Positions 1 through 7,910 of a stretch of 11,237 nucleotides of DNA are shown here, in pieces. Made by a program: the position numbers and the translations under genes. Position 1 is the first letter of the stretch; every line of letters begins with the position of its first letter. The notes beneath the pieces were generated by a model. It worked only from the letters and a program-made list of their open reading frames with translations, was not told the DNA's origin and ran no database searches. Origin of the DNA: a bacterium (GTDB lineage: Bacteria; Eisenbacteria; RBG-16-71-46); contig JAYWEM010000063.1 of the NCBI GenBank assembly GCA_043779265.1, positions 1 to 11,237 of the forward strand, given 5' to 3'.

Positions 1-2327
1 CCGAATCCGAAGATCGGATCGCAGTTGCCAGTCAGGCAGCCGTATCGATTATCGCTCGGGATGATCTCGTAGCCCTCGCCGACCGGCACCGGCCCCGGCG
101 TCGGAAGAACGGGCACCCAATCCCCGCCCGAGGTCCGCCGGTGATTGTGCGGATCGAGCGTGCCGTCGCCGCCGAGCAGGAGGAATCGCGAATCCCAGCG
201 GTCATAGCCCCAGCGCACGAACCGCTGGATGCCGACCGGTCCGGGCCGCCCGCCATTGAACTCATCGTAGATGCCCTGCACGGGCGCGGTGACCACCGAG
301 AGCCCCTGCGAGCGTCGCTTGGCCGCGAGCGGAGCCAGCTGCGTCAGCCACGCATCGGGCGCGACGAGCAGGTAATCGCCGGTCGTCTCGGCCCACAGCG
401 AACGGGGCACCACAGCCGAATAGGCCGAGGAAGGCGGGGTCCGGGGCCCGGTCGCCGGATCATACGGGACCTGAACGCCGCCCGCGGCGTAGCGGCGGGG
501 CGTCCCGGCCGCGACCGAGTCCTGGAACTGGATCGAGAGCGTACTGCCGACCGGGATGCGTTGGGCCGCGTCGATCCGGATGCGAACCGGCCGCTCGGGA
601 TCGGTGACGTCGTAGACGCGGACCGAGTCGACGCGGAAGCGCTCGAGCAGGACCTGCATCTCGCCGATGGCATCGCCCGTGTTGAGATCGATGGCGTCGT
701 CGACGGCTCGCGTCCGCCGCCAGTAGTTGGCCTCGAACCAGTTGAAGCCGACGCTCGCGGTCGCGTTGGTCGTGGGATTCGGCGGTTGGAATCCGTTCTT
801 GCCCCATTGCCTCAGGAAGTTGGTGCGCCCCTCGGTCAGTGCCGAGCCTCGGATCGAGAGCGTGCTCGTCGCAGGCGCCTTGTTGGACCACCGCACGGAG
901 TCGGCGACGGTGGTCAGCTGGCCACCGCCATTGCGAACCGCCGCCCAGGTGTTGTGCGAGCCGAAGCGCCGTCCCACCCACTGCGTCGTGAACTGGACGA
1001 AGCGCGAAGTGTCGATGTCCTGCACCTCGAAACGGATGGTATCGGGCCGGTTGTAGTAGGACGTGATCTCGGTCCAGTGGTAGAGATCGAAGGTCGTATC
1101 GGTGGGGCTTCCCACGAACGGCATGTAGGCGGCGAAGTTGCCCTCCCATCGCGTCCGCTGCGGGTAGGAGGCGATCGGCGTGAGTCCGTTGATCCCGCGC
1201 CAGCCCTCGCGCATCGTCATGCGGGCGCCGCCCGCGGCCTCGCGCGTGACGTACACCATCTCCGCATCACCCCACTGCCGCTGGTAGGCGCTCGCTCCGG
1301 ATCGCTCGGCCCAGTTCCTCACATAGATCCAGATGAGGTCGTCGGGTCCGAACACGCCATTGGCGTCGGTGTCCTGGACCTCGAGGGGAAGTTCGATCTC
1401 GACGAAGGGCGGCTGGCCGGAAGCGGGCGATGCGATCGGCTCGCGCCGCAGCACGCGGACCTGCGCCACCGGCGTGCCGGTCGGGAATCCGCGGCTCGCC
1501 AACTCACTGAACGGCAGGACATGCAGGCCGGTCGTATCGATGCGCACACGAACCTGCGGCTCATGGCTCAGGGAGCGAAGCTCGCCCGGGAGCCGCGAGG
1601 CGCCGAAGCCATCGCGCGGACGCTCGCTCGCCGGGCCTCTCGAGCGCCAGTCACGCGCCTGCTCCCAGTTGAGGACGGTCGTCTGGAGGACGGGGTCGAT
1701 GTGGCGATCGGCCTCGCCCGGGCCAGTGGCCGAGGCGGCACCGGCGGGCACTCCGAAGTCGACGCGCACGATCAGTGAGCCCGTCCGCATCAGGCGCTCG
1801 CCGTTGGGGTCGAATCGATAAGGCCGAAGCTCGATCGTCACGAGGCGGCGGCCGCGGAACGACGTGGGAGATCCGAGCACGAACGGCTGCGAGGGCCATA
1901 CGCCATCCATCTCCGGCGCCATCGCCTCCAGCCCGGGGATGGTGCCGAGTCCGGCGGGGTCTTCGCGGAACACCGGACGACCGGTGATTGCCATCGGAAT
2001 GCCGCCGCGGACCTCCTCGCCGCTCGCCGTGATCACGCGAGCGCTGGGACGGGCATGCTGGGGAATGGCGAGCAACGCAGCGAAAGCGGGCAGCGAGGGC
2101 TTGCCGGGTTCGCCGAGCGTGTGCGCGTCCGCCGGCAGACCGGCGACGCGGACCTGCCCCGAGGGCAGGGGCTCGGTGAACGCGATGGGGGGGGTGGTCA
2201 CCTCGAGCGTCACGCCCCGGGCATCGGCCGAGACGATGCGGATCGCGCCCGCGTGAGCCGGCTGGACGACGCCAAGGCTCAGGGCGATCGCGGCGACCAA
2301 CGGGAGGGCTCGGAGGGTGGGGTGCAT
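1..2327 (-). CDS. C25 family (gingipain/PorU-like) cysteine peptidase, secreted; 3' end lies outside the window
   Basis: Hand translation from ATG 2327 is open to base 1 (~775 aa). Signal peptide MHPTLRALPLVAAIALSLGVVQPAHA. C25 propeptide-like region (LGEPGKPSLP...FRGRRLVTIELRPYRFDP...LIVRVDF). PorU-like middle region (VRVRIDTTGLHVLPFSELASRGF, QDTDANGVFGPDDLIWIY, VYDVTDP). C25 domain begins near 380 (GDYLLVAP...QGLSVVTAPVQGIYDEFNGG...IQRFVRWGYDRW..RFLLLGGDG...PSDNRYG). The catalytic His/Cys are expected beyond the window edge. Confidence 0.9.
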   Translation of the reverse strand, partial: MHPTLRALPLVAAIALSLGVVQPAHAGAIRIVSADARGVTLEVTTPPIAFTEPLPSGQVRVAGLPADAHTLGEPGKPSLPAFAALLAIPQHARPSARVITASGEEVRGGIPMAITGRPVFREDPAGLGTIPGLEAMAPEMDGVWPSQPFVLGSPTSFRGRRLVTIELRPYRFDPNGERLMRTGSLIVRVDFGVPAGAASATGPGEADRHIDPVLQTTVLNWEQARDWRSRGPASERPRDGFGASRLPGELRSLSHEPQVRVRIDTTGLHVLPFSELASRGFPTGTPVAQVRVLRREPIASPASGQPPFVEIELPLEVQDTDANGVFGPDDLIWIYVRNWAERSGASAYQRQWGDAEMVYVTREAAGGARMTMREGWRGINGLTPIASYPQRTRWEGNFAAYMPFVGSPTDTTFDLYHWTEITSYYNRPDTIRFEVQDIDTSRFVQFTTQWVGRRFGSHNTWAAVRNGGGQLTTVADSVRWSNKAPATSTLSIRGSALTEGRTNFLRQWGKNGFQPPNPTTNATASVGFNWFEANYWRRTRAVDDAIDLNTGDAIGEMQVLLERFRVDSVRVYDVTDPERPVRIRIDAAQRIPVGSTLSIQFQDSVAAGTPRRYAAGGVQVPYDPATGPRTPPSSAYSAVVPRSLWAETTGDYLLVAPDAWLTQLAPLAAKRRSQGLSVVTAPVQGIYDEFNGGRPGPVGIQRFVRWGYDRWDSRFLLLGGDGTLDPHNHRRTSGGDWVPVLPTPGPVPVGEGYEIIPSDNRYGCLTGNCDPIFGF

Positions 2328-2337
2328 GCGAGCGGTG

Positions 2338-2366
2338 AGTCTAGGGACCCCCCCGGGCCCCGGCAA
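2338..2366 (-). promoter_or_regulatory. Putative sigma70-type promoter of the C25 peptidase gene
   Basis: Minus strand reads TTGCCG (2366-2361), a 17-nt spacer, TAGACT (2343-2338), then 10 nt to ATG 2327. No Shine-Dalgarno fits. Confidence 0.55.
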
Positions 2367-2435
2367 GGCCGAGGCGGCCGAGGTCCGGTCGTCATGTTGT
2401 TGTCCGGAGGCTGGTTTCGACCGAGAGCCGCCCGT

Positions 2436-2441
2436 TAGACT
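2436..2441 (+). promoter_or_regulatory. Putative -10 element (TAGACT) for the 2452 gene
   Basis: Same hexamer and same 10-nt distance to ATG as on the divergent gene. No good -35 element or SD. Confidence 0.4.
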
Positions 2442-2451
2442 GTTCCACCTC

Positions 2452-3834
2452 ATGAGAACCCTCTCCGTCTCCACAGTCGTCGCGGGGTCCATCCTCGCTC
2501 TGTTCGTCCACTCGTCCGTCCTCGCAGCCGCTGCCCGCCCCTCGGCAGTGGCATCGGCCCGCGCTTCCTTCCCCGACAGCATTCTCGCTCGCGTCGATGC
2601 CGAGCCCATCACCCGGCGCGAAGTGAACGATGCGATCGTCCGCTTCGGCGCGCACCCGGACTCCCTTACCCCGGAGCAGGCGCGCGAGGTCCTCGACCTC
2701 TTGATCGAGCAGCGCCTGCTGGCCCAGCGTGCCAAGCGCGAGAGCTGGATCTGGACGGCCCACGAGAGCCTGACCTTCGAGCAGCATCGTGACCGGCTCA
2801 CGCTGACGGCAGCGCTCGACTCGGCGGTCGCGGCCCATCGCGCGGAGCGGGCCGCGGCGGGACTTCCCTCGATCGACCAGGACGCGCTCGGCGCCAGTCT
2901 GCGCGACTCCACCGTCGCGAGGTGGCGTCCCATCTGGAACGAGGACCTGCTCGCGCGTCTCTATCGCGCATGGCAGGCGATCCCGCGCCCGACCGGAGCG
3001 ATGAGTGTGATGGAACAGATGCGCATCGCCGGCGCCATGCCCCAGGTGAGCGTGCTGGATTCGGGGATGACGCTGATCACGAGCGAGGTCGGCAGCCTGC
3101 TGGCCGGGGACGTGCTGGAGGAATGGCGGAAGCTGAACCCGATCTACCGACCGCGTATCGAGGAGGTCGAGCCGATGCGCGACCTCGCGAAGAACGTGCT
3201 GTTCGAGCGCGAACTGCGCCGCCGTGCGGTCGTGCAACGTCTCGAGCTGCAGCCGGCCGTCGCCTCCGAACTGGCCAGCCGCCGCGAGTACCTCGGCATC
3301 CAGCACTTCGTGCAACGCGAGATCTACGAGGACCTGCCTCGCGACTCCGCCACGCTCGTCCGCCACTTCGAGTCGAAACCCGAGAGCTGGCGGCTTCAGG
3401 GTCAGGCTCGTGTCTTCCAGCTCGTCGTGCCGACCCGGGACGGGGCGATCCAGTTGCTGAGCCAGATCGCGCAGGCCGCCGACGTCGAGACGTTGATCGT
3501 GCGCGCGGGACGCCGGGGCCGCGACTTCATCCGCCTCGTGAACACCCAGAACGACAGCGTCATGTACCAACTGGCTCGTCGATTGGGCGCCGGCGGCATC
3601 GCGGGGCCCGACTCGCTCGAGGGCGACCCCTCCGACCGCGCCTCCGGCTGGCGTATCGTTCGCGTCATGGACGTGCAGGAGCCGCGGCTGCGGACATTCG
3701 AGGAGGCGGCGACGCTGGTGCAGAAGGACTGGTTCGACACCGAGGCCGAGCGCCGCATGCGCGTCCTGCTCGGACGACTGCGCAGCGGTGCACGCATCGA
3801 GTACCCGCCCACGGCGACTGCCCGCAAGCGTTAA
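2452..3834 (+). CDS. Exported SurA/PrsA-like chaperone (degenerate parvulin/PpiC-type PPIase family), 460 aa
   Basis: ATG 2452 begins a signal peptide (MRTLSVSTVVAGSILALFVHSSVLA). SurA_N-like ILARVDAEPITRREV...VLDLLIEQRLLAQRAKR. Typical C-terminus GWRIVRVMDVQEPRLRTFEEAATLVQKDW...LLGRLRSGARIEY. The track start at 2317 overlaps the divergent gene and is not used. Confidence 0.78.
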   Translation: MRTLSVSTVVAGSILALFVHSSVLAAAARPSAVASARASFPDSILARVDAEPITRREVNDAIVRFGAHPDSLTPEQAREVLDLLIEQRLLAQRAKRESWIWTAHESLTFEQHRDRLTLTAALDSAVAAHRAERAAAGLPSIDQDALGASLRDSTVARWRPIWNEDLLARLYRAWQAIPRPTGAMSVMEQMRIAGAMPQVSVLDSGMTLITSEVGSLLAGDVLEEWRKLNPIYRPRIEEVEPMRDLAKNVLFERELRRRAVVQRLELQPAVASELASRREYLGIQHFVQREIYEDLPRDSATLVRHFESKPESWRLQGQARVFQLVVPTRDGAIQLLSQIAQAADVETLIVRAGRRGRDFIRLVNTQNDSVMYQLARRLGAGGIAGPDSLEGDPSDRASGWRIVRVMDVQEPRLRTFEEAATLVQKDWFDTEAERRMRVLLGRLRSGARIEYPPTATARKR

Positions 3835-3849
3835 CGCGAAGGAGACCGT

Positions 3850-4992
3850 ATGCACCACCGCATCGCATTGGCCCTGCTCATCGCCGCGATCGGCCTGCCC
3901 GCCGGCTCACACGCGGCCGGGCTGCATTTCTCCAGCACGCTGGACACGCTTCGAGCGGATGCGAATGGCTCCTGGTCGCTGCCGCTTCGGATCCGCAACA
4001 TCGGCACGCATGGGCTCTACGTCGGCAGCCTGTGGATGGAAGTGCGGGATCGATCGGGCAGCCCGCAGCGGATCGACTTCCAGACGCTCGTCCGCGGCAT
4101 GTCGGCGATCTCGGTCGGCGACTCCAGCGAGCTGCGGGTCTCGGCGCCCGCCTCGATCGAGCACGGCACGGCGCGCGTCCAGCTGGTGGCCCACGATGGC
4201 GAACAGAAGCCGCTGCGCGCACAGCTCGAACTGCCCATCTCGGGCGGCGAACTCTCCCGACACACGAGTCGCATGACGCGAGTGCAGGGCAAGCTCGTCG
4301 AGTGGGTGCGCGTTCCGGCGGTGGCCAGTGCCATGCCGGCGGCGGGTGCGCCCGGCGTGCTGCTCGTCCACGGCGGCGGCGCCCGCGGCATGTTGCGCAT
4401 GGCGCTCACACTCTCCGAGCAGGGGATCGACGTCGTGTGCGTGAGCATGCCCGGCTCCGGCGACTCCGAGGGCCCGGCTGACTTCATGGGAGGGGCGAGC
4501 GTTCGCGCCGTCTCGATGGCGCTGGACTCGCTGAAGTCGAACCTGCGCTCGAGCGATCGCCCGGTCGCGATCTGGGGCGTCTCGCGTGGCGCTGCCGCTG
4601 CGCTGCTCACCGCCGCCGCTCGGCCGGGTGTCGCAGCGGTCATCGCCCAAGGGGCTCTCTATGATCTGTGGTCGATCCATCGGCGCACCGAGGGGACCGA
4701 ACTGGACCGCGATCTTCTCAAGGAAGCTGGTTCCGACAGTGCTGCATGGCGGGCCCGCTCCCCGCTCGTCTCCGCCACCCGCATCCAAGCGCACGTGCTG
4801 GTGCTGCACGGCGAGGCGGACGAGGTCTCGCCGGCCGCGGACGCCCGCGCCTATGTGGCCAAGCGCCAGAAGCTCGGGCTGCCGGTGACCGAGCACATCC
4901 TGGCCGGCCAGCGGCACCAGATGGCACGCGCGATCGCGAATCGCACGGCGGTGGCGTTCCTCAAGGAGTCACTCGGTTTGACCGGCCCCTGA
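3850..4992 (+). CDS. Secreted alpha/beta hydrolase (S9 peptidase/esterase-like) with N-terminal Ig-like domain, 380 aa
   Basis: SD AAGGAG at 3839-3844. Signal peptide ending GSHA. VLLVHGGG, MPGSGDSEG, nucleophile elbow WGVSRG (Ser codon 4582-4584), RSPL, VLVLHGEADEVSP (Asp), GQRH (His). Confidence 0.88.
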   Translation: MHHRIALALLIAAIGLPAGSHAAGLHFSSTLDTLRADANGSWSLPLRIRNIGTHGLYVGSLWMEVRDRSGSPQRIDFQTLVRGMSAISVGDSSELRVSAPASIEHGTARVQLVAHDGEQKPLRAQLELPISGGELSRHTSRMTRVQGKLVEWVRVPAVASAMPAAGAPGVLLVHGGGARGMLRMALTLSEQGIDVVCVSMPGSGDSEGPADFMGGASVRAVSMALDSLKSNLRSSDRPVAIWGVSRGAAAALLTAAARPGVAAVIAQGALYDLWSIHRRTEGTELDRDLLKEAGSDSAAWRARSPLVSATRIQAHVLVLHGEADEVSPAADARAYVAKRQKLGLPVTEHILAGQRHQMARAIANRTAVAFLKESLGLTGP

Positions 4993-5085
4993 CGAGACAT
5001 GCAGGTCGCCCTCGATAACATCGGGAGTCGCGGCCGACACCGGATCTACTGGCGTTACCCGTGGCGGATCGTACGGACCCGCAGA

Positions 5086-5091
5086 TAGACT
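5086..5091 (+). promoter_or_regulatory. Possible -10 element (TAGACT) upstream of the 5146 gene
   Basis: Third intergenic occurrence of TAGACT, in the 153-bp gap. The -35 match is weak. Confidence 0.3.
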
Positions 5092-5145
5092 CGTTCGACT
5101 GTTCGGCCGTCTCCATCGTCTCCCCCCGACCCCAGGAACCCACGC

Positions 5146-6936
5146 ATGCGAACTCCGCGACTCCTCACTGGCCTGATGTTCGTCCTGTGCCTCAGCGCCG
5201 CGCCGACGGCCTCGCTCGCGCAGTCGGGCGCCGGTGCGAGCAAGACCCTTTCGGGAACGCCGATCCAGTCATGGATCGATGGCGTCCCGGACACCGGACA
5301 GTTCTTGAAGGGCGACGAGGTGCTGGCGACCGTGGCAGGCCGCCCGGTCACGGTCGAGCGATTCATCGGGGACTACTTCGACGTCTATGCACCGATCCGC
5401 TCCAAGACCGACAGCGCCGGGCGTGCCGAGTTCCTGCAGACGCTCGTCGACAAGCTCGTCCTGGGCGAGGTCGTGCGGCCGCTCCCGTTCGCGCCCGGCT
5501 TCGAGCAACGAACGACCCTACGCGCCTACCGCGACCGCGTGCTGTCGAACGTGCTGTTCCAGCGAGCGGTGCTCGACTCGAGTTCGCCCTCCGAGCAGGA
5601 CCTGCGCGAGTTCTACGAGAAGATGAAGCAGGAGGTGCGGGTGCAGCGCATCCGGCTCATCTCCCCCTCGGCCGCCGAGCGCCTGCGCTCCGACCTGGCG
5701 GCCGGCCGCATCACGTGGCGCAAGGCCGTCGCCGAACACAGCATCGAGAAACTCCCCGACCCCGATGGCGACATCGGCTGGGCCAATCTCTACGGGCTCA
5801 GCGAGCCCATGGCCAGCCTGATCGCCGACCTCAAGGTGGGCGGCATCTCCACCGTGACCCACACGACCGACGGGTTCTTCCTGTTCCGCCGCGTCGGCAC
5901 CCGTCCGTTCTCGCCGCCCTCCTTCGAGGGCATCCGCCAGACGCTGTTCGTCCGGCTGCGCAATCACCTCGTGAGCCAGCGAGCCGAGCGACTGCAGAAG
6001 CAGCTCGCAGCCGAGCGCGGCATGGTGCTCGATACCGCCAACATCCGATACGCCTCGGCGTTCTACCAGCCGCATGTGACCTCGGAGCGCAAGGACGGCG
6101 GCGTGAACGCGGTCACCATCAACGTCGACATGCCCCACTTCGAGCCGGCCGACAATCAGCGCGTGCTCGTGCGCTGGAAGGACGGCAGCTACAAGCTGGG
6201 GCAGTTCAATCAGTCCATGTCGGAGCTGAGCCCCATGGTGCGGCCGTCCGTCCACGAGCCCGATCTCATGGGCGATCAGGTGATCCTGCTCGCGCTCGAG
6301 CCCTACCGCTCGGAGCTGGCCGCCTCACTGGGCTATGAGAAGGACTCGCTCGCCGTGTCGATGATCGACGCGCGGATCGAGCAGTTCAAGGTGGAGGCAC
6401 TGATCGACGACTCGGTCATGTCGCGTGTCCAGCTCACGGATGCCGAGCGTCGTGCCTATTACAAGGCCCATCCGAGGGAGTACACGAGCTTCGCCAGCAT
6501 CCGGTTCTTCGCGTACTCGACCTACTCGCGCGCGGCGGGTGACTCGGTCGCAGCACTCGTGCGTGCGGGACTCCGTGGCGAGGACATCCTGCGTTCGGAC
6601 TCGCTCGCCGGCACCAAGCTCGGCTCGATCCAGAGCCGCTCCAAGAGCGAGCAGGGCCCGTTCGGCAAGCTGCTGTTCGAGGAGATGCGGCCCGGCCAGG
6701 TGCGAGTCGAGGGCCCGCTGACCGATCAGACGTTCGTCGTGCTGCAGTTGCTCGAGTTCGATCCGGGATCGCTCCTGCCCTACGAGCGGGTGATCGATTA
6801 CGTCGACAATCATCTGCGGTCACAGCACGAAGAACAGCTCTACCAGCAGTTCATGCAGCGCCAACGGGCCAAGTTCCCGATCACCATGCATCACGATCGG
6901 CTCAGGGACGTGAAGTTGGTGGCACCGGAACTCTAG
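5146..6936 (+). CDS. Exported SurA/PrsA-like chaperone/peptidyl-prolyl isomerase with two tandem modules, 596 aa
   Basis: AGGA upstream. Signal peptide ending SLA-Q. VLATVAGRPVT...FLQTLVDKLVL. First parvulin-like unit: SEQDLREFYEK..EVRVQRI..AEHSIE..DGDIGW..LKVGGIS..TTDGFFLFR. Second unit: LTDAERRAYYKAHPREY...MRPGQV..GP...LLPYERV...QRAKFPI. Confidence 0.85.
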   Translation: MRTPRLLTGLMFVLCLSAAPTASLAQSGAGASKTLSGTPIQSWIDGVPDTGQFLKGDEVLATVAGRPVTVERFIGDYFDVYAPIRSKTDSAGRAEFLQTLVDKLVLGEVVRPLPFAPGFEQRTTLRAYRDRVLSNVLFQRAVLDSSSPSEQDLREFYEKMKQEVRVQRIRLISPSAAERLRSDLAAGRITWRKAVAEHSIEKLPDPDGDIGWANLYGLSEPMASLIADLKVGGISTVTHTTDGFFLFRRVGTRPFSPPSFEGIRQTLFVRLRNHLVSQRAERLQKQLAAERGMVLDTANIRYASAFYQPHVTSERKDGGVNAVTINVDMPHFEPADNQRVLVRWKDGSYKLGQFNQSMSELSPMVRPSVHEPDLMGDQVILLALEPYRSELAASLGYEKDSLAVSMIDARIEQFKVEALIDDSVMSRVQLTDAERRAYYKAHPREYTSFASIRFFAYSTYSRAAGDSVAALVRAGLRGEDILRSDSLAGTKLGSIQSRSKSEQGPFGKLLFEEMRPGQVRVEGPLTDQTFVVLQLLEFDPGSLLPYERVIDYVDNHLRSQHEEQLYQQFMQRQRAKFPITMHHDRLRDVKLVAPEL

Positions 6937-6948
6937 AGCGGCCAGAAC

Positions 6949-6992
6949 GACGAAACGGGGGTGGGCCTGCTCGGGCCCACCCCCGTTTCGTC
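6949..6992. terminator. Probable bidirectional intrinsic terminator
   Basis: Perfect 19-bp inverted repeat GACGAAACGGGGGTGGGCC (6949-6967) / GGCCCACCCCCGTTTCGTC (6974-6992) with a 6-nt loop, between convergent stops at 6936 and 7008. Confidence 0.85.
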
Positions 6993-7007
6993 TCCCGGCG
7001 TGCGCGA

Positions 7008-7841
7008 TCAACGTCGGGCGCGACGCTTGCCGCCGGGCTTCGTCGGCGCATCCGACTCGCAGGCGACGCCCTCGGCATCCTGGTAGCGAACGAAGCGCTG
7101 GCCGATGTTCGAGACCGGTTCCTCGCCGGTCCGGTGCGCCGAGAACGTGCATTGGAGCGTGGCGAGCTCGATGCACATCGGCGGGCCGCAGCCCTCGGCG
7201 TCGGCGGGCGGACGACGGATGAGAATGCGCCCGAGCGTGTAGCGACGGCCCCCGAGCAGCACCGGCGCCTTGAGGACATCCACGGCCGCCACCATGCGCA
7301 GCCGCCCGCTCGAGGCCGAGTGATCCCAATGACCGCCGCCGAACGCCTGCAGTTGCGGCCAGCCGCTCGCACCCGGCATGGGCGTGCGCGCGTCGGCGAC
7401 CTCGTTGCGGACCGGGGAGCGGCCGGGGCCACCGCTCGTGTACTGCCAGTGGGATCGCAGCGTATCGCCGGGCGCCGCCTTGAAGTAGAGCGTCGCCAGC
7501 CAGCCCACGAACTGCGGCCGCGTCGAGATCGGATCCATCGAGAGGTAGAGCGTATCGACGGCGGCCGTGTCGTCGCAGGCCGGCGAGATGTGGTCCCTCG
7601 CCCCGAGTTCTCCCCACGGGGCGCCCCACGCCAGGTAGATGCGCGGGATGCTGCGGGACGTGTCGGTCTCCGCGGGGAGTTGGACCACTTCGACGCCGCC
7701 GGGCATCTCGATCCGGGCACCCACGGAATCAGCTGCGTCGTGGACGTGAGCATGGACCGGCGTGATCTGGGCATGGGCAAGGTTGGTTGTGACGATCGAG
7801 AGCAACCAAACGAGGGCGACCGAGCGCAGGATGCTTCGCAT
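7008..7841 (-). CDS. Exported hypothetical protein; divergent, tail-less member of the adjacent paralog family (~277 aa)
   Basis: Signal peptide MRSILRSVALVWLLSIVTTNLAHA-Q. Shares ordered motifs with the neighbours (IYLAWG, AC, FVG, HWQY, RLRM..AVD, GC..PMCI, FVRYQ...C) but ends PTKPGGKRRARR. The start could be 7871 or 7877. Confidence 0.75.
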   Translation of the reverse strand: MRSILRSVALVWLLSIVTTNLAHAQITPVHAHVHDAADSVGARIEMPGGVEVVQLPAETDTSRSIPRIYLAWGAPWGELGARDHISPACDDTAAVDTLYLSMDPISTRPQFVGWLATLYFKAAPGDTLRSHWQYTSGGPGRSPVRNEVADARTPMPGASGWPQLQAFGGGHWDHSASSGRLRMVAAVDVLKAPVLLGGRRYTLGRILIRRPPADAEGCGPPMCIELATLQCTFSAHRTGEEPVSNIGQRFVRYQDAEGVACESDAPTKPGGKRRARR

Positions 7842-7910
7842 GGGCGGCTTGCTCACTCCTTCTGGGGACATGGGCACTCGCGCTGCCTTGCAGCACGCGC
7901 GCGGGAAGCT

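Noticed and set aside
141..1778. 545-aa plus-strand ORF
   Set aside because: Codon-aligned antisense shadow of the C25 gene; R/G-rich with no motifs.
2392..6823. Long antisense and alternate-frame ORFs (2392..3858-, 2922..4481+, 3907..4917-, 5061..6338+, 5518..6255- and others)
   Set aside because: They overlap well-supported genes and are typical stop-poor frames of high-GC DNA.
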